A stretch of DNA of 64,000 bases from an uncultured Actinomycetes bacterium (GTDB taxonomy: Bacteria; Actinomycetota; Actinomycetes; Mycobacteriales; Nakamurellaceae), in contig CAZUXD010000007.1 in the NCBI GenBank assembly GCA_964624455.1, positions 5,126-69,125 of the forward strand. Reading direction: 5' to 3'. Of this stretch, positions 39,215-49,174 are shown piece after piece (position 1 is the stretch's first letter; each line of letters begins with the position of its first letter). The notes under the pieces are model-generated. The model searched no databases and had not been told where the DNA came from. It was given only the letters and a program-made list of their open reading frames with translations. Made by a program: the position numbers and the translations under genes.

Positions 39215-39871
39215 ATGAGGGGTGCGGCCGTGGAGCCATCCGCGCACTTCGCGGACCGCGCCGCGGCCGGCCGCGAACTCGCCGCGGCGCTTCGGCCGTT
39301 GGGGCTTCGCGAGGTGGTTGTCGTCGGCCTGCCGCGCGGCGGGGTACCGGTTGCCGCCGAGGTCGCACGGGGCCTGCGGGCCCCGCTCGACGTCGTCGTG
39401 GTGCGCAAGCTCGGAGTGCCCGGCCAGCCCGAGTTGGCGATGGGTGCGATCGGGGAGGAGCAGGCGCGGGTCGTCAATGACGACGTCATTGCGATGGCAC
39501 GCGTCAGCGATGCCGCCTTCGCCGCCACGGAACGACGGGAGCGGCAGGAGTTGCGCAGGCGGGCTCTGGCATTTCGCGGCGACCGGCCGACGATTCCGCT
39601 CGCCGGGCGCACCGTGATCGTGGTGGACGACGGCATCGCCACCGGTTCGACGGCGCGGGCCGCGTGCCGGGTGGCCCGCGCCCGCGGCGCCGCGCACGTG
39701 GTGCTCGCGGTGCCCGTCGCACCGCCCGGCACCCGGGAACGCTTCTCGGACACCGCCGACGAGGTCGTCACGCTGCGGACCCCGACCGACTTCTTCGCGG
39801 TGGGGCAGTTCTACGACGATTTTCGGCAGACCACCGATACGGAGGTCATCGAACTGCTGGCGGGCCGGTGA
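39215..39871 (+). CDS. Phosphoribosyltransferase-family protein
   Basis: …FADRAAAGRELA…VVVGLPRGGVPVAAEVA…VVVRKLGVPGQPELAMGAI…TVIVVDDGIATGSTA…. An alternative GTG start is at 39231. Confidence 0.8.
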   Translation: MRGAAVEPSAHFADRAAAGRELAAALRPLGLREVVVVGLPRGGVPVAAEVARGLRAPLDVVVVRKLGVPGQPELAMGAIGEEQARVVNDDVIAMARVSDAAFAATERRERQELRRRALAFRGDRPTIPLAGRTVIVVDDGIATGSTARAACRVARARGAAHVVLAVPVAPPGTRERFSDTADEVVTLRTPTDFFAVGQFYDDFRQTTDTEVIELLAGR

Positions 39872-39907
39872 GCGGGAAACCGCACGGCGGATGGTAGGAA
39901 AGGGCTC

Positions 39908-41245
39908 ATGACGCGCAGCGCACAGGACGCCCCGGCCGACCCGAGCCCCGCCGAGGCCGAGGTGGTGCGGCTGTGCAGCGAGCTGATCCGCATCCCCTCG
40001 GTCAACACCGGCGATCCGGCCACGATCGGCGACGGCGAGGCCCGCGCCGCCCGGTACATCCAGCAGAAGCTGGAGGAGGTCGGCTACTCGACCGCCTACG
40101 TCGAGTCCGTTCCGGGCCGCGGCAATGTGGTCTGCCGGCTGCCCGGTGCCGATCCCACCCGCGGCGCGTTGCTGATCCACGGCCACGTCGACGTCGTGCC
40201 GGCCGACCCCTCCGAATGGCAGGTGGACCCGTTCGCGGGCGAGATCAGGGACGGGTACGTCTGGGGGCGGGGCGCGGTCGACATGAAGGACATGGTCGCG
40301 ATGACGCTCGCGATCGCCCGCGACTTCAAGCGCCGCGGGATCGTGCCGCCCCGGGACCTGATCTTCTGCTTCATGTCCGACGAGGAGGCCGGCGGCACCT
40401 ACGGCGCGATGTGGCTGGTCGAGAACCGTCCTGGGTGGTTCGCCGGCGCGACCGAGGCGATCAGTGAGGTCGGCGGATTCTCCGTCACCTTCGACGGCGA
40501 CCGGCGCGCGTACCTGGTCGCGGCCGCGGAGAAGGGGATCGCCTGGGCGACGCTGCGGGCCACCGGGCGGGCCGGGCACGGGTCGATGACCAACGACGAC
40601 AACGCCGTCACCCGCATCGCGCAGGCCGTCGCACGGCTGGGCGGGCACCGGTTCCCCTTGCAGCGCACCGCAACGGTGGATGCGTTCCTCTCGGCGGTGA
40701 CGGAGCTCAGCGGCTTGGAGTTCCCGGTGGACGACCTGGAGGGGGGGATCGGGAAGCTGGGGCCGATCTCCCGGCTGGTGTCGGCGACGCTCCGCAACAC
40801 CGCGAACCCGACCATGCTCAAGGCGGGCTACAAGGCCAACGTCATCCCGTCCACCGCGCAGGCGACCGTCGACTGCCGCGTCCTGCCGGGCTCGGAGGAC
40901 GCGTTCCGCGAGCAGGTGGCGGAGATCGTCGGTGACGGGGTGGAGATCGACTGGCAGTTCGCGCCGCCGCTCGAGTACCCGTTCGAGGGCGCACTGGTCG
41001 ACGCGATGAAGGCGGCCATCATTGCGGAAGACCCGGACGGGCACCCGATCCCGTACATGCTCTCCGGCGGGACCGACAACAAGGCCTTCGCGCAACTCGG
41101 CATCAGCGGATACGGCTTCTCGCCGCTACGGCTGCCGCCCGAGCTGGACTTCTCCGCGCTGTTCCACGGCGTCGACGAACGGGTGCCGGTCGATGCGCTG
41201 ACCTTCGGCACCCGGGTGCTGGACCGCCTGCTGCGCAGCTGTTGA
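39908..41245 (+). CDS. M20/M25/M40-family metallopeptidase
   Basis: 445 aa: …LLIHGHVDVVPA…WGRGAVDMKD…SDEEAGG…GGTDNK…. Confidence 0.85.
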   Translation: MTRSAQDAPADPSPAEAEVVRLCSELIRIPSVNTGDPATIGDGEARAARYIQQKLEEVGYSTAYVESVPGRGNVVCRLPGADPTRGALLIHGHVDVVPADPSEWQVDPFAGEIRDGYVWGRGAVDMKDMVAMTLAIARDFKRRGIVPPRDLIFCFMSDEEAGGTYGAMWLVENRPGWFAGATEAISEVGGFSVTFDGDRRAYLVAAAEKGIAWATLRATGRAGHGSMTNDDNAVTRIAQAVARLGGHRFPLQRTATVDAFLSAVTELSGLEFPVDDLEGGIGKLGPISRLVSATLRNTANPTMLKAGYKANVIPSTAQATVDCRVLPGSEDAFREQVAEIVGDGVEIDWQFAPPLEYPFEGALVDAMKAAIIAEDPDGHPIPYMLSGGTDNKAFAQLGISGYGFSPLRLPPELDFSALFHGVDERVPVDALTFGTRVLDRLLRSC

Positions 41246-41260
41246 CAGGGTGTGGCGCCG

Positions 41261-41536
41261 TCACAAGCTCAGCGCGGGCGGCGGGCCGACGGACCTTTCG
41301 CGCCGCAGCATCACCCGCCGGGACCCGTCCGGCAGGCGCAGAACCCGCGCCAACTCCCAACCGGTGAACTCCGCCCGCACCGACAACATCACTGCGGCCG
41401 CCGTTCGCGAGGTCGATGAGTCGATCCGCAGCGGCCGGTAGTCGTAATCGTCCGCGGAATCACCGCCGGATTCCGCGCCAACCGCTCCCGCGATGGCGAT
41501 CACCTCCCACAGTCCGGGCCTGCCGGCCGGCGCCAT
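41261..41536 (-). CDS. Small conserved hypothetical protein (DUF5703-like)
   Basis: …DYDYRPLRIDSSTSRTAAAVMLSVRAEFTGWELARVLRLPDGSRRVMLRRE…. Start chosen at ATG 41536 to avoid overlap with the helicase gene. The family call is from memory. Confidence 0.45.
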   Translation of the reverse strand: MAPAGRPGLWEVIAIAGAVGAESGGDSADDYDYRPLRIDSSTSRTAAAVMLSVRAEFTGWELARVLRLPDGSRRVMLRRERSVGPPPALSL

Positions 41537-41585
41537 CCGTGGGTCCGTCCTGAAATCGGTCGCTTCCAGAGATGACGGTTTCCGG

Positions 41586-43790
41586 TCAGTCTGCCCCATC
41601 CGCCGGGGATTCGGCACCGTCGGCGGGCGGAAAATTGCTGGAATCGGGAAGCAGCAGGGCGGCCAGCCGGGTACGCCTGGGCCGGGACCCGACCTGCCGG
41701 ACGGCCCGGGCCAGCACCGGGCCGGCGGCGTGCACCACGGACAGGTGGGTGCGCGCGCGGGTCAGCGCGGTGTAGACCAGCGGGCGGGAGAGCATCCGGG
41801 TGGCTTCCGGCGGCAACACGACGACGACGGCGGCCCATTCCGAGCCCTGAGCGCGGTGCACGGTGACGGCCCAGCCGTGCATCAGATCGCCCAGCGCCTT
41901 GCCGGAGATCTCCGACTCGCCGCCCGGGAACGCCACCAGGACGGCCTTGTCACCGATTTCGATGACGGTTCCCACCTCGCCGTTGGCATATCCGCTCGGT
42001 TCCGCCGCGGGGTAGTTGGCCGTGGCGACCACCCGGTCGCCGACGTCGAAGCCGCGGACCGACCGGCCCTGGCCCGGCCCGGAGCCGCGACCCGGGTTGA
42101 GCACCGCCTTGAGGGCTCGGTTCAGCGCCGCCGTCCCCGCCGGGCCCCGGTGCACCGGCGTGACGACCTGGATCTGATCGGCGCGCGTCCCGAACACCCG
42201 CGGGATAGAGTCGGTGACCAGTTGCACCACCCGCCGGGAGGCCTCCGCCGATCCGGCCGCCGGCACGATCACCACCTCCCGGTCGGCGGGGTCCGCGGGC
42301 AGCAGGTCGCCGCCGCGAACCGCCGTCGCCAGCCGGGCGATGGCGCCGCCCTCCGACTGCCGGTACAGGCGGGTCAGTTCGGTCACGGGAAACGGCCCGG
42401 CCTGCAGCAGGTCGCCGAGCACCCGGCCCGGGCCGATGGACGGCAACTGCGCCGGATCCCCGACGAACAGCAGGTGCGCGGTCGAAGGGATCGCGGCCAG
42501 CAGCGCCGCCGCCAGTTCGACGTCCAGCATGGAGGCCTCGTCCACGACCACCATGTCCGCGTCGATCGGATCATCCTCGTCATGCTCGAAGATGCTGCCG
42601 CGCTCACCGGGCCCGCGGCGGGCGCCGAGCAGCCGGTGGATCGTCACCGCTTCTTCGCTCGCCGGGGTGGCGGACCGATCCCCGCCGGCGCCGCCCTCCT
42701 GCTCCTCGCCCCGGTCTCGGCCGGCCGGCGCATCCCGCGGCGGGGTAGGACGCGGACGAGCGGTGCGGCCGGAATCCCCGTCATCGCCGTGGGCGGGCGG
42801 TTCGCCGGAATCCCCGTCATCGCCGTGGGCGGGCGGCCATCCGGACTGTCCGTCGGCACCACCGGCGCCGGCCGCGACCAACTCGGTCAGCCGCTTCGCC
42901 GCGCGACCGGTGGGAGCCGCCAGGGCGATCGTCCGGCCAAGGCTTCGGCACAGGCCGACCACCGCGGCAACCGTGCGGGACTTGCCCGTGCCCGGACCTC
43001 CCGTCAGTATCGACACGCCGTGCCGGGCGGCGGCGATCACCGCGGCCGCCTGCACGTGATCCAGGCCCACCGCCGCCGCCTTCGCGGCGCGTTCGCCGGC
43101 CAACGGCGACGCGGCGAGCTGCAGGCGCCGAAGGTGCCGGGCGACCGCGTCCTCCGCCGCGGCCAGCGACGACCGTGCCACCCACCGTTCCCCGGCCGGT
43201 GTCGGATCCGGCACGGCAACGACCAGGTCTGCCGACATCGCCGCGTCGATCGCCGCCGCCAGCCCCGACGGGGTGTCGATGCCGAAACCGCGCAGGGCAT
43301 CGCCCACCAGGTCCGCCGGCGCGGCGGTATGGCCGTCCCGGGCGAACCCGGCGAGCACCCAGTCCACCAACGCGCGCGCCCGCCGCGGGTCGTCGCTGCG
43401 GACTCCCGGTTGCAGCGATCGGCCCAGCCGATCCGCCTGCGGGACCGACGCGTCCGGGAGCACCAGCAGGCGCCACGGGTCGGCCCGCATCACCGCCGCG
43501 GCACCATCGCCCAACGCATCGATCAACCGTGGCACCCAGCGGACGGGAATCCCTTGCGGCACGGTCAGTTCCGCGAGCTCGTAGGCGTGCCCGGCGCCGA
43601 TCCATGCGGTGTACAGCCGGTTCGCCCGTCGGTCCGTCACCCGCGGGAGGGCGGCCAGGTTCGCGACGCTGACCTGACCCGGGCCGGTGATGCCGGCCGC
43701 CGCAAGCTGGCCGGCGAGGGTGGAGCCGACCCCTGTCCACAGCCCCGCGGCGCAGAACTCCGCGAATACCGACACCTCGGGGCCACCCAC
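41586..43790 (-). CDS. RecD2-like ATP-dependent DNA helicase (RecD/TraA family)
   Basis: 734 aa, GTG start. HhH-like N-terminus, Walker A LTGGPGTGKSRT, …FVGDPAQLPSIGPG…, …VTVHRAQGSEW…YTALTRAR…. Contains a ~80-aa low-complexity insert. Confidence 0.85.
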   Translation of the reverse strand: MGGPEVSVFAEFCAAGLWTGVGSTLAGQLAAAGITGPGQVSVANLAALPRVTDRRANRLYTAWIGAGHAYELAELTVPQGIPVRWVPRLIDALGDGAAAVMRADPWRLLVLPDASVPQADRLGRSLQPGVRSDDPRRARALVDWVLAGFARDGHTAAPADLVGDALRGFGIDTPSGLAAAIDAAMSADLVVAVPDPTPAGERWVARSSLAAAEDAVARHLRRLQLAASPLAGERAAKAAAVGLDHVQAAAVIAAARHGVSILTGGPGTGKSRTVAAVVGLCRSLGRTIALAAPTGRAAKRLTELVAAGAGGADGQSGWPPAHGDDGDSGEPPAHGDDGDSGRTARPRPTPPRDAPAGRDRGEEQEGGAGGDRSATPASEEAVTIHRLLGARRGPGERGSIFEHDEDDPIDADMVVVDEASMLDVELAAALLAAIPSTAHLLFVGDPAQLPSIGPGRVLGDLLQAGPFPVTELTRLYRQSEGGAIARLATAVRGGDLLPADPADREVVIVPAAGSAEASRRVVQLVTDSIPRVFGTRADQIQVVTPVHRGPAGTAALNRALKAVLNPGRGSGPGQGRSVRGFDVGDRVVATANYPAAEPSGYANGEVGTVIEIGDKAVLVAFPGGESEISGKALGDLMHGWAVTVHRAQGSEWAAVVVVLPPEATRMLSRPLVYTALTRARTHLSVVHAAGPVLARAVRQVGSRPRRTRLAALLLPDSSNFPPADGAESPADGAD

Positions 43791-43836
43791 ACGGGCACGC
43801 TATCCGGTGCGCCGCAACCGGCGCGCCGGCGTCGGC

Positions 43837-44766
43837 TCAGGGATGCTCGCCCGGGGAGCTGACGTCGTCCAGCGCGGCCCGGATCTCCGCCGGCAGGGTG
43901 ATGTCCTCGGCGGCGAGCGAGCCCAGCAGTTGCGCGGCGTCCCGAGCGCCGACCACGGAACTCACCACGTCGGGCCGGTCCCGGACCCAGGCGAGGGCAA
44001 CCGCGAGCGGGGAGGTGCCCAATCCATCGGCGGCGGTGGCGACCGCCTCGACGATGCGGGTGGCGTTCTCGGTGCGATGCCTGCCCACGTATCGGGCGAA
44101 ATGCGGTGACGCGCCCCGGGAGTCGGCAGGTGTGCCGTGGCGGTACTTGCCGGTCAGCACCCCCCGGCCGAGTGGCGCCCAGCCCAGCAGCCCCATTCCG
44201 TGCAGTTGCGCCGCGGGCAGCAGCGACTCTTCGGGGGCGCGCTCCACCAGCGAGTATTCAGCTTGGGCGGCGACCGGCGGGCATCCGGCCCCGCGAAGGT
44301 GCGTCGCCAGGGTAGCCAGTTGCCACCCGGCGTGCCCCGACACGCCGACGTAGATCGACCGGCCCGAATCGACCGCGGTCTGCAACGCCGAGCAGGTCTC
44401 CTCGAACGGCACGTCGGCGTCGAAGCCGTGCACCATCCACAGATCCACATGATCGGTGTCCAGGCGCCGCAAGGAGGCGTCCAGCGCGCCCAGCAGCCGG
44501 CCGCGCCCACCGCCGACACCGACGGTTGTGGTTGCCAGGACCACGGTGTCGCGAGGGACGACATCCGGCACCAAGGTGCCGATGATCGATTCCGCATCCC
44601 CGTCGCCGTACACGTTGGCCGTGTCGATGAGGGTTCCGCCGGCCGCGACGAACGCCTCCAGCTGCGCGGCCGCCTCGTCGGCGTCGGTATCCCGGCCCCA
44701 CGTCATGGTGCCCAGCCCCATGCGGGAGACCTCCAACCCGCTGCGGCCCACGCGGCGCTTCTCCAT
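43837..44766 (-). CDS. Aldo/keto reductase
   Basis: 309 aa: …GLGTMTWG…IDTANVYG…DLWMVHG…AQAEYSL…. Confidence 0.85.
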   Translation of the reverse strand: MEKRRVGRSGLEVSRMGLGTMTWGRDTDADEAAAQLEAFVAAGGTLIDTANVYGDGDAESIIGTLVPDVVPRDTVVLATTTVGVGGGRGRLLGALDASLRRLDTDHVDLWMVHGFDADVPFEETCSALQTAVDSGRSIYVGVSGHAGWQLATLATHLRGAGCPPVAAQAEYSLVERAPEESLLPAAQLHGMGLLGWAPLGRGVLTGKYRHGTPADSRGASPHFARYVGRHRTENATRIVEAVATAADGLGTSPLAVALAWVRDRPDVVSSVVGARDAAQLLGSLAAEDITLPAEIRAALDDVSSPGEHP

Positions 44767-44903
44767 GCGAAGAAACCTACGTCGCCGCGGCGCCGCGGCG
44801 ACTCCCGGCGCGCCGCGGGTGGGCCGGCCCGGGCCCTGGCGCGTTGCGGCTACCCTCGATCTACGCTCGCGGCGACGCTGCGCCGGGCTTGGAAGGGTGG
44901 CAC

Positions 44904-45956
44904 ATGCGACTGGGTGTGGGCCTGCCCCTCGCGTCGGACCCCGCGGAGCTTCGTGATCAGGTCGCGCTGGGGATCACCGCCGACGAACTCGGCTACGACG
45001 CGGTGTGGGTTCCGGAGGCGTACGGGGCCGACGCGGTGAGCGTGCTCGCCACGATCGGCGCACGCACCGAACGGATCGCGATAGGTTCGGCCGTGTTGCA
45101 GATCCCCGGTCGCACCCCGGCGATGACGGCGATGACGGCGGCATCGCTGGATGCCCTGTCGCACGGGCGGTTTCGGCTCGGCCTCGGGGTGTCCGGGCCG
45201 CAGGTGTCCGAAGGCTGGCACGGGGTGCCGTTCGCCGATCCGCTCGGGCGGACCGCCGAATACGTGCAGATCGTCAGGGATGCGCTGGCCCGGCGCCGCG
45301 TCACCGCCGACGGGCGGCACTTCACCCTGCCGCTGCCCGGGGGCCTCGGCAAGTCGTTGCTGCTGGCGCTCCGCCCCGAGCGGGAGCACATCCCGATCTA
45401 CCTCGCGGCGGTCGGCCCGCGCAACCTCGAACTGACGGGGCGGATCGCCGACGGCTGGCTGGGCATCTTCTTCGACGCGCAGCACGGAGGCGAGCAGGTG
45501 CGCGCGGTCCACGGCGCCGCTCAGGCCGCCGGTCGCGATCCGGCCGCGCTGGATATCGCGGTCCAGGTCCCCGTCTCGCTCGCCGACGATCTCGTCGCCG
45601 CCGCTGCCCGCATCCGTCCCTACGCCGCGCTGTACATCGGCGGCATGGGCGCCCGCAGGGCGAACTTCTACCATCGGATAGCGGCCTCGATGGGCTACCC
45701 GGCGGAGGCCGACCTCGTACAGCAACGCTTCCTCTCCCGGGATTACGCGGGCGCGGCCGAAGCCGTGCCGCAGGAGTTCCTGGAGCGGACCTGCCTGCTC
45801 GGAGACGAGGGACAGATCGCCGCCGGGCTGCGACGGCTGGCGTCCGTCGGCGTGACGACGGTCAACATCAACCCGGCGGCGCCGTCACTCCAAGGGCGGC
45901 GGCAGGTGCTGGACACGGTGCGGCGGATCGCCCATGCGGATGGGCTTCTCGGGTGA
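44904..45956 (+). CDS. LLM-class (luciferase-like) F420-dependent oxidoreductase
   Basis: ATG 44904 after GGAAGGG. …ADELGYDAVWVPEAYG…RIAIGSAVLQIPGRTPAMTAM…GRFRLGLGVSGPQV…. Confidence 0.8.
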   Translation: MRLGVGLPLASDPAELRDQVALGITADELGYDAVWVPEAYGADAVSVLATIGARTERIAIGSAVLQIPGRTPAMTAMTAASLDALSHGRFRLGLGVSGPQVSEGWHGVPFADPLGRTAEYVQIVRDALARRRVTADGRHFTLPLPGGLGKSLLLALRPEREHIPIYLAAVGPRNLELTGRIADGWLGIFFDAQHGGEQVRAVHGAAQAAGRDPAALDIAVQVPVSLADDLVAAAARIRPYAALYIGGMGARRANFYHRIAASMGYPAEADLVQQRFLSRDYAGAAEAVPQEFLERTCLLGDEGQIAAGLRRLASVGVTTVNINPAAPSLQGRRQVLDTVRRIAHADGLLG

Positions 45957-46047
45957 TCCGGCTCACGGAAATCCTGGCGCCGGGGCGAGCGGGCAGCGGT
46001 CGCCGGAGGAGCGGGCCGCGCCCCGCCGCACGTTCCCGGGAGGGGCG

Positions 46048-46872
46048 GTGCCCGTGGGCACGGTGATCCTGCTGCGGCATGCCCGGTCGAACGCCAACAA
46101 CGAGGGCGTGCTGGCCGGCCGCGCGGAGGGCATCGGTCTGGACGAGACGGGCGCCGCGCAGGCCGAAGCGTTGGTCGGGCGGTTGGCCGGCGCCGGCGTG
46201 GTGCGCCTGGTGTCCTCCCCGCTGCTGCGGTGCCGCCAGACGCTGCAGCCGCTGGCCAGCGCCGTGGGCCTGGCGATCGAGCCGGATGAGCGCATCACCG
46301 AGGTGGACTACGGCGAGTGGTCCGGCCGGCGGCTGGATGAGCTCACCGCAGACCCGCTCTGGCGAACGGTCCAGTTCCACCCCGCCGCGATGGTGTTCCC
46401 CGGCGGGGAGGAGATGGCGGCGGTGTCGGCGCGCGCGGTGCAGGCCGCCCGGGGGCACGCCGCCGCGGCCGGTGACGCCGGCGCCGTGGTGCTCTGCTCG
46501 CACGGGGATGTGATCAAGGCGGTGCTCGCGGACGCGCTCGGGCTGCACCTGGATTCGTTCCAGCGCATCGTCGTGGGTCCCGCATCCGTCTCGGTGGTGC
46601 GATACACCCCCCTGCGGGCGTTCGTGGAACGTGTCAACGACACCGGCTCGCTGGCCGGCCTCGGATCGGCGCCGGATCCGCAGCCTGCGGACCGGTCCGA
46701 AGGCGGCGGCGGTGACGGGCGCGCCGGTGGTGACGGGCCCGGCGGCCGGCCGGCCGAACCGGCCGGTGACGGCGCCGCCGAGGGCCAATGGCCCGCCGGC
46801 AGTGACGGATTGCTCGGCGGCGACCCGGGACGGGGCGCACCGCCGCGGCACCGTCATCTCGCCGACGGATGA
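46048..46872 (+). CDS. Histidine phosphatase family protein (MSMEG_4193-type putative phosphomutase)
   Basis: GTG 46048 after GGGAGGGG. …VILLRHARSNAN…SSPLLRCRQT…CSHGDVIKA…. The C-terminal ~70 aa is Gly/Pro/Ala-rich. Confidence 0.75.
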   Translation: MPVGTVILLRHARSNANNEGVLAGRAEGIGLDETGAAQAEALVGRLAGAGVVRLVSSPLLRCRQTLQPLASAVGLAIEPDERITEVDYGEWSGRRLDELTADPLWRTVQFHPAAMVFPGGEEMAAVSARAVQAARGHAAAAGDAGAVVLCSHGDVIKAVLADALGLHLDSFQRIVVGPASVSVVRYTPLRAFVERVNDTGSLAGLGSAPDPQPADRSEGGGGDGRAGGDGPGGRPAEPAGDGAAEGQWPAGSDGLLGGDPGRGAPPRHRHLADG

Positions 46873-46894
46873 TTGCCCTAAGCTCGAGGGTGCC

Positions 46895-47458
46895 ATGGCC
46901 AGGCAAGTTCACGTCTTCCGCTCGCCCGACCGCTTCCTTGCCGGAACGGTCGGTCAGCCCGGCGACCGCGAGTTCTACCTGCAGGTGGTCGACGGCCGCC
47001 GGGTGCTGTCGGTGTCGTGCGAGAAGCAGCAGGTTGCGATCCTCGCCGACCGCATGGGTTCGCTGATCGTCGAGGTCGGCCGCCGATTCGGGGCGCAGCC
47101 GGATCTGGCGGTTTCGGCCGCCGAACCGGAGCGGGCGCTGTCGATGCCGGTGGACGCCGAGTTCCGGGTGGGCACCATGGGCCTGGCGTGGGACGGCGCC
47201 GGATCGCAGGTGATCGTCGAGTTGCTCGCCCTGACCGACGAAGAGGTCAGCGAGGACGTCGTCCTGGAGGACCGCGAGGACGCCCCCGACGCGCTTCGGG
47301 TGTTCCTCTCGCTGGCCGAGGCGCGCGATTTCGCGCAGCACGCGCAGAGCGTGGTGGCCGCCGGCCGCCCGCCGTGCCCGTTGTGCGGCAACCCGCTGGA
47401 CCCCGACGGGCATATCTGCCCGAGGTTGAACGGGTATCACCGCGGTGCCGCGGGCTGA
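46895..47458 (+). CDS. DUF3090-family protein
   Basis: MARQVHVFRSPDRFLAGTVGQPGDREFYLQV…VLSVSCEKQQV…, with the C-terminal motif CPLCGNPLDPDGHICPR. Confidence 0.75.
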   Translation: MARQVHVFRSPDRFLAGTVGQPGDREFYLQVVDGRRVLSVSCEKQQVAILADRMGSLIVEVGRRFGAQPDLAVSAAEPERALSMPVDAEFRVGTMGLAWDGAGSQVIVELLALTDEEVSEDVVLEDREDAPDALRVFLSLAEARDFAQHAQSVVAAGRPPCPLCGNPLDPDGHICPRLNGYHRGAAG

Positions 47459-47519
47459 CCGGGCCGGCGACGTCGCCGGTACCGGCGGTCCCCGTGCGGC
47501 GCGGCCGGGCGGGGCGGAG

Positions 47520-48332
47520 ATGACGGGGCCGGATGCGGAAGCGAGTCGGTCGGCAGCGGTCTTGGCCGCGCTCGCCACCGGCGCGCTGCACGTTACCGGT
47601 CGGCTGACCGACGCGTCGAACATCACGCTGCTCGGGTCGGTTTCGCTCCTCGGATCCACCGTTTCCTGCGTATACAAGCCGGTGCGCGGCGAACGGCCGT
47701 TGTGGGACTTCCCCGACGGCACCCTGGCCGGCCGTGAGGTGGCCTGCTACCTGATCTCGGAGGCGGCGGGTTGGCACTGCGTCCCCGAGACGGTGTTGCG
47801 CGACGGCCCGCACGGTCCGGGCATGGTGCAACACTGGATCACCGACGCCGACCCGGACCGCGCGGCGGACCTACTGCCCGCGGGCTCCGTGCCGCCCGGC
47901 TGGCTCACGGTCCTTCGCGCCGAGGACTTGGCCGGCCACCCCGTCGTGGTGGCGCACGCGGACACCGCGCCGCTGGCGGTGCTCGCCGGGTTCGATCTGG
48001 TGGTCAACAACGCCGACCGCAAGGCCTCGCACATCCTGCCCACGCCGGACGGCCGGATCCGGGGCGTCGACCACGGTGTGACCCTGCACGAAGATCCAAA
48101 GTTGCGCACCATCCTGTGGGGATGGGCCGGCCGGCGGCTTCCCGCCGCGGTCACCAGCGGCCTGCACCGCCTGGCGGACCGGCTCGCCGGGGAATTGGCC
48201 GCCGACCTCGCCGGCCTGATCACGGATCGTGAGCTGGTGGCGCTGCGAGACCGGGTGGCGGCGCTGCTCGTCGATCCCCGCTTCCCGCAACCGCCGGGCG
48301 ACCGCACGCCCATTCCGTGGCCGCCGTTATGA
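47520..48332 (+). CDS. SCO1664-family protein (PI3/PI4-kinase-like fold)
   Basis: …RLTDASNITLLG…CVYKPVRGERPLWDFPDGTLAGREVA…VVNNADRKASHIL…DHGVTLH…. Confidence 0.75.
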   Translation: MTGPDAEASRSAAVLAALATGALHVTGRLTDASNITLLGSVSLLGSTVSCVYKPVRGERPLWDFPDGTLAGREVACYLISEAAGWHCVPETVLRDGPHGPGMVQHWITDADPDRAADLLPAGSVPPGWLTVLRAEDLAGHPVVVAHADTAPLAVLAGFDLVVNNADRKASHILPTPDGRIRGVDHGVTLHEDPKLRTILWGWAGRRLPAAVTSGLHRLADRLAGELAADLAGLITDRELVALRDRVAALLVDPRFPQPPGDRTPIPWPPL

Positions 48333-49084
48333 GCGTTCGGGACTACCTCGCCCAGCGGGCCGTGACGGCCGGCACCGGCCTGGCCCGGGTGTTCGGTGCG
48401 ACCGCGCGCGCGATGGTGCTGGACGCCGCGGCCGCCGTTGCCCGCGGGGCGGAGGTCGCAGCGGCCACACCCAGCGGCCGCAAGGCCGGGCCGTGCACGC
48501 TCGCAGTGCGGGTGTTGATCCTCGCCGACGAGCAGGGGCGCCCCCTCACCACGGCCGACCGGCTGGCACCTTCGCTGGAGCTGGCCAACCGGGTCTTCAC
48601 GGAACACGCCGGTATCCGGATCCGGGTGGCCGCCATCGACACCGTCACCGACCCGACGCCCACCTCGGCGCTGGACCCGGGTGCGAACCGCCGGCTGCTC
48701 CTGGACGAGATCCTCGGCCGCACGGCGTTCTACCGCTCGCACCTGGCCGCCCGGCCGGCGCTGTCGGTGGTCGGCGACCCCGTCACCGTGGTCGTGGTGC
48801 GCAGCATCTCCGGGCGTACCACGGGGTGCTCGCTCGGCATGACCGCGGACTGGGTGATCTGCCAGGCGAGCCTGTTCGATCCGGGCCGGCCGCAGGCCTA
48901 CGACGAGACCGTGCTGGCCCACGAACTCGGCCATGCGCTGAACCTTCCGCACCATCGCGGCAAGTCCAACCTGATGTTCCCGGAGTCGTCGCCGCCCGGC
49001 GAGCTCCGGGGAACAGAACTGCGGCCGTGGCAGGGGGCGATCCTGCAGGCCAACAGGCACACCGTCCCGCCGGCCCGCTCGTAG
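48329..49084 (+). CDS. Putative zinc metalloprotease-like protein (HExxH…H)
   Basis: ATGA overlap with the SCO1664-family gene. 251 aa with the motif LAHELGHALNLPHH. The remainder is unassignable by eye. Confidence 0.5.
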   Translation: MSVRDYLAQRAVTAGTGLARVFGATARAMVLDAAAAVARGAEVAAATPSGRKAGPCTLAVRVLILADEQGRPLTTADRLAPSLELANRVFTEHAGIRIRVAAIDTVTDPTPTSALDPGANRRLLLDEILGRTAFYRSHLAARPALSVVGDPVTVVVVRSISGRTTGCSLGMTADWVICQASLFDPGRPQAYDETVLAHELGHALNLPHHRGKSNLMFPESSPPGELRGTELRPWQGAILQANRHTVPPARS

Positions 49085-49174
49085 GGCTGCCGCGCCGCCG
49101 GCACCAGGTCGGCCCGTCGGCACGCAACGGCGAGAGCCGAGGGGCGCGGCGCCGGTCCGGCCGGTGCCGATACT

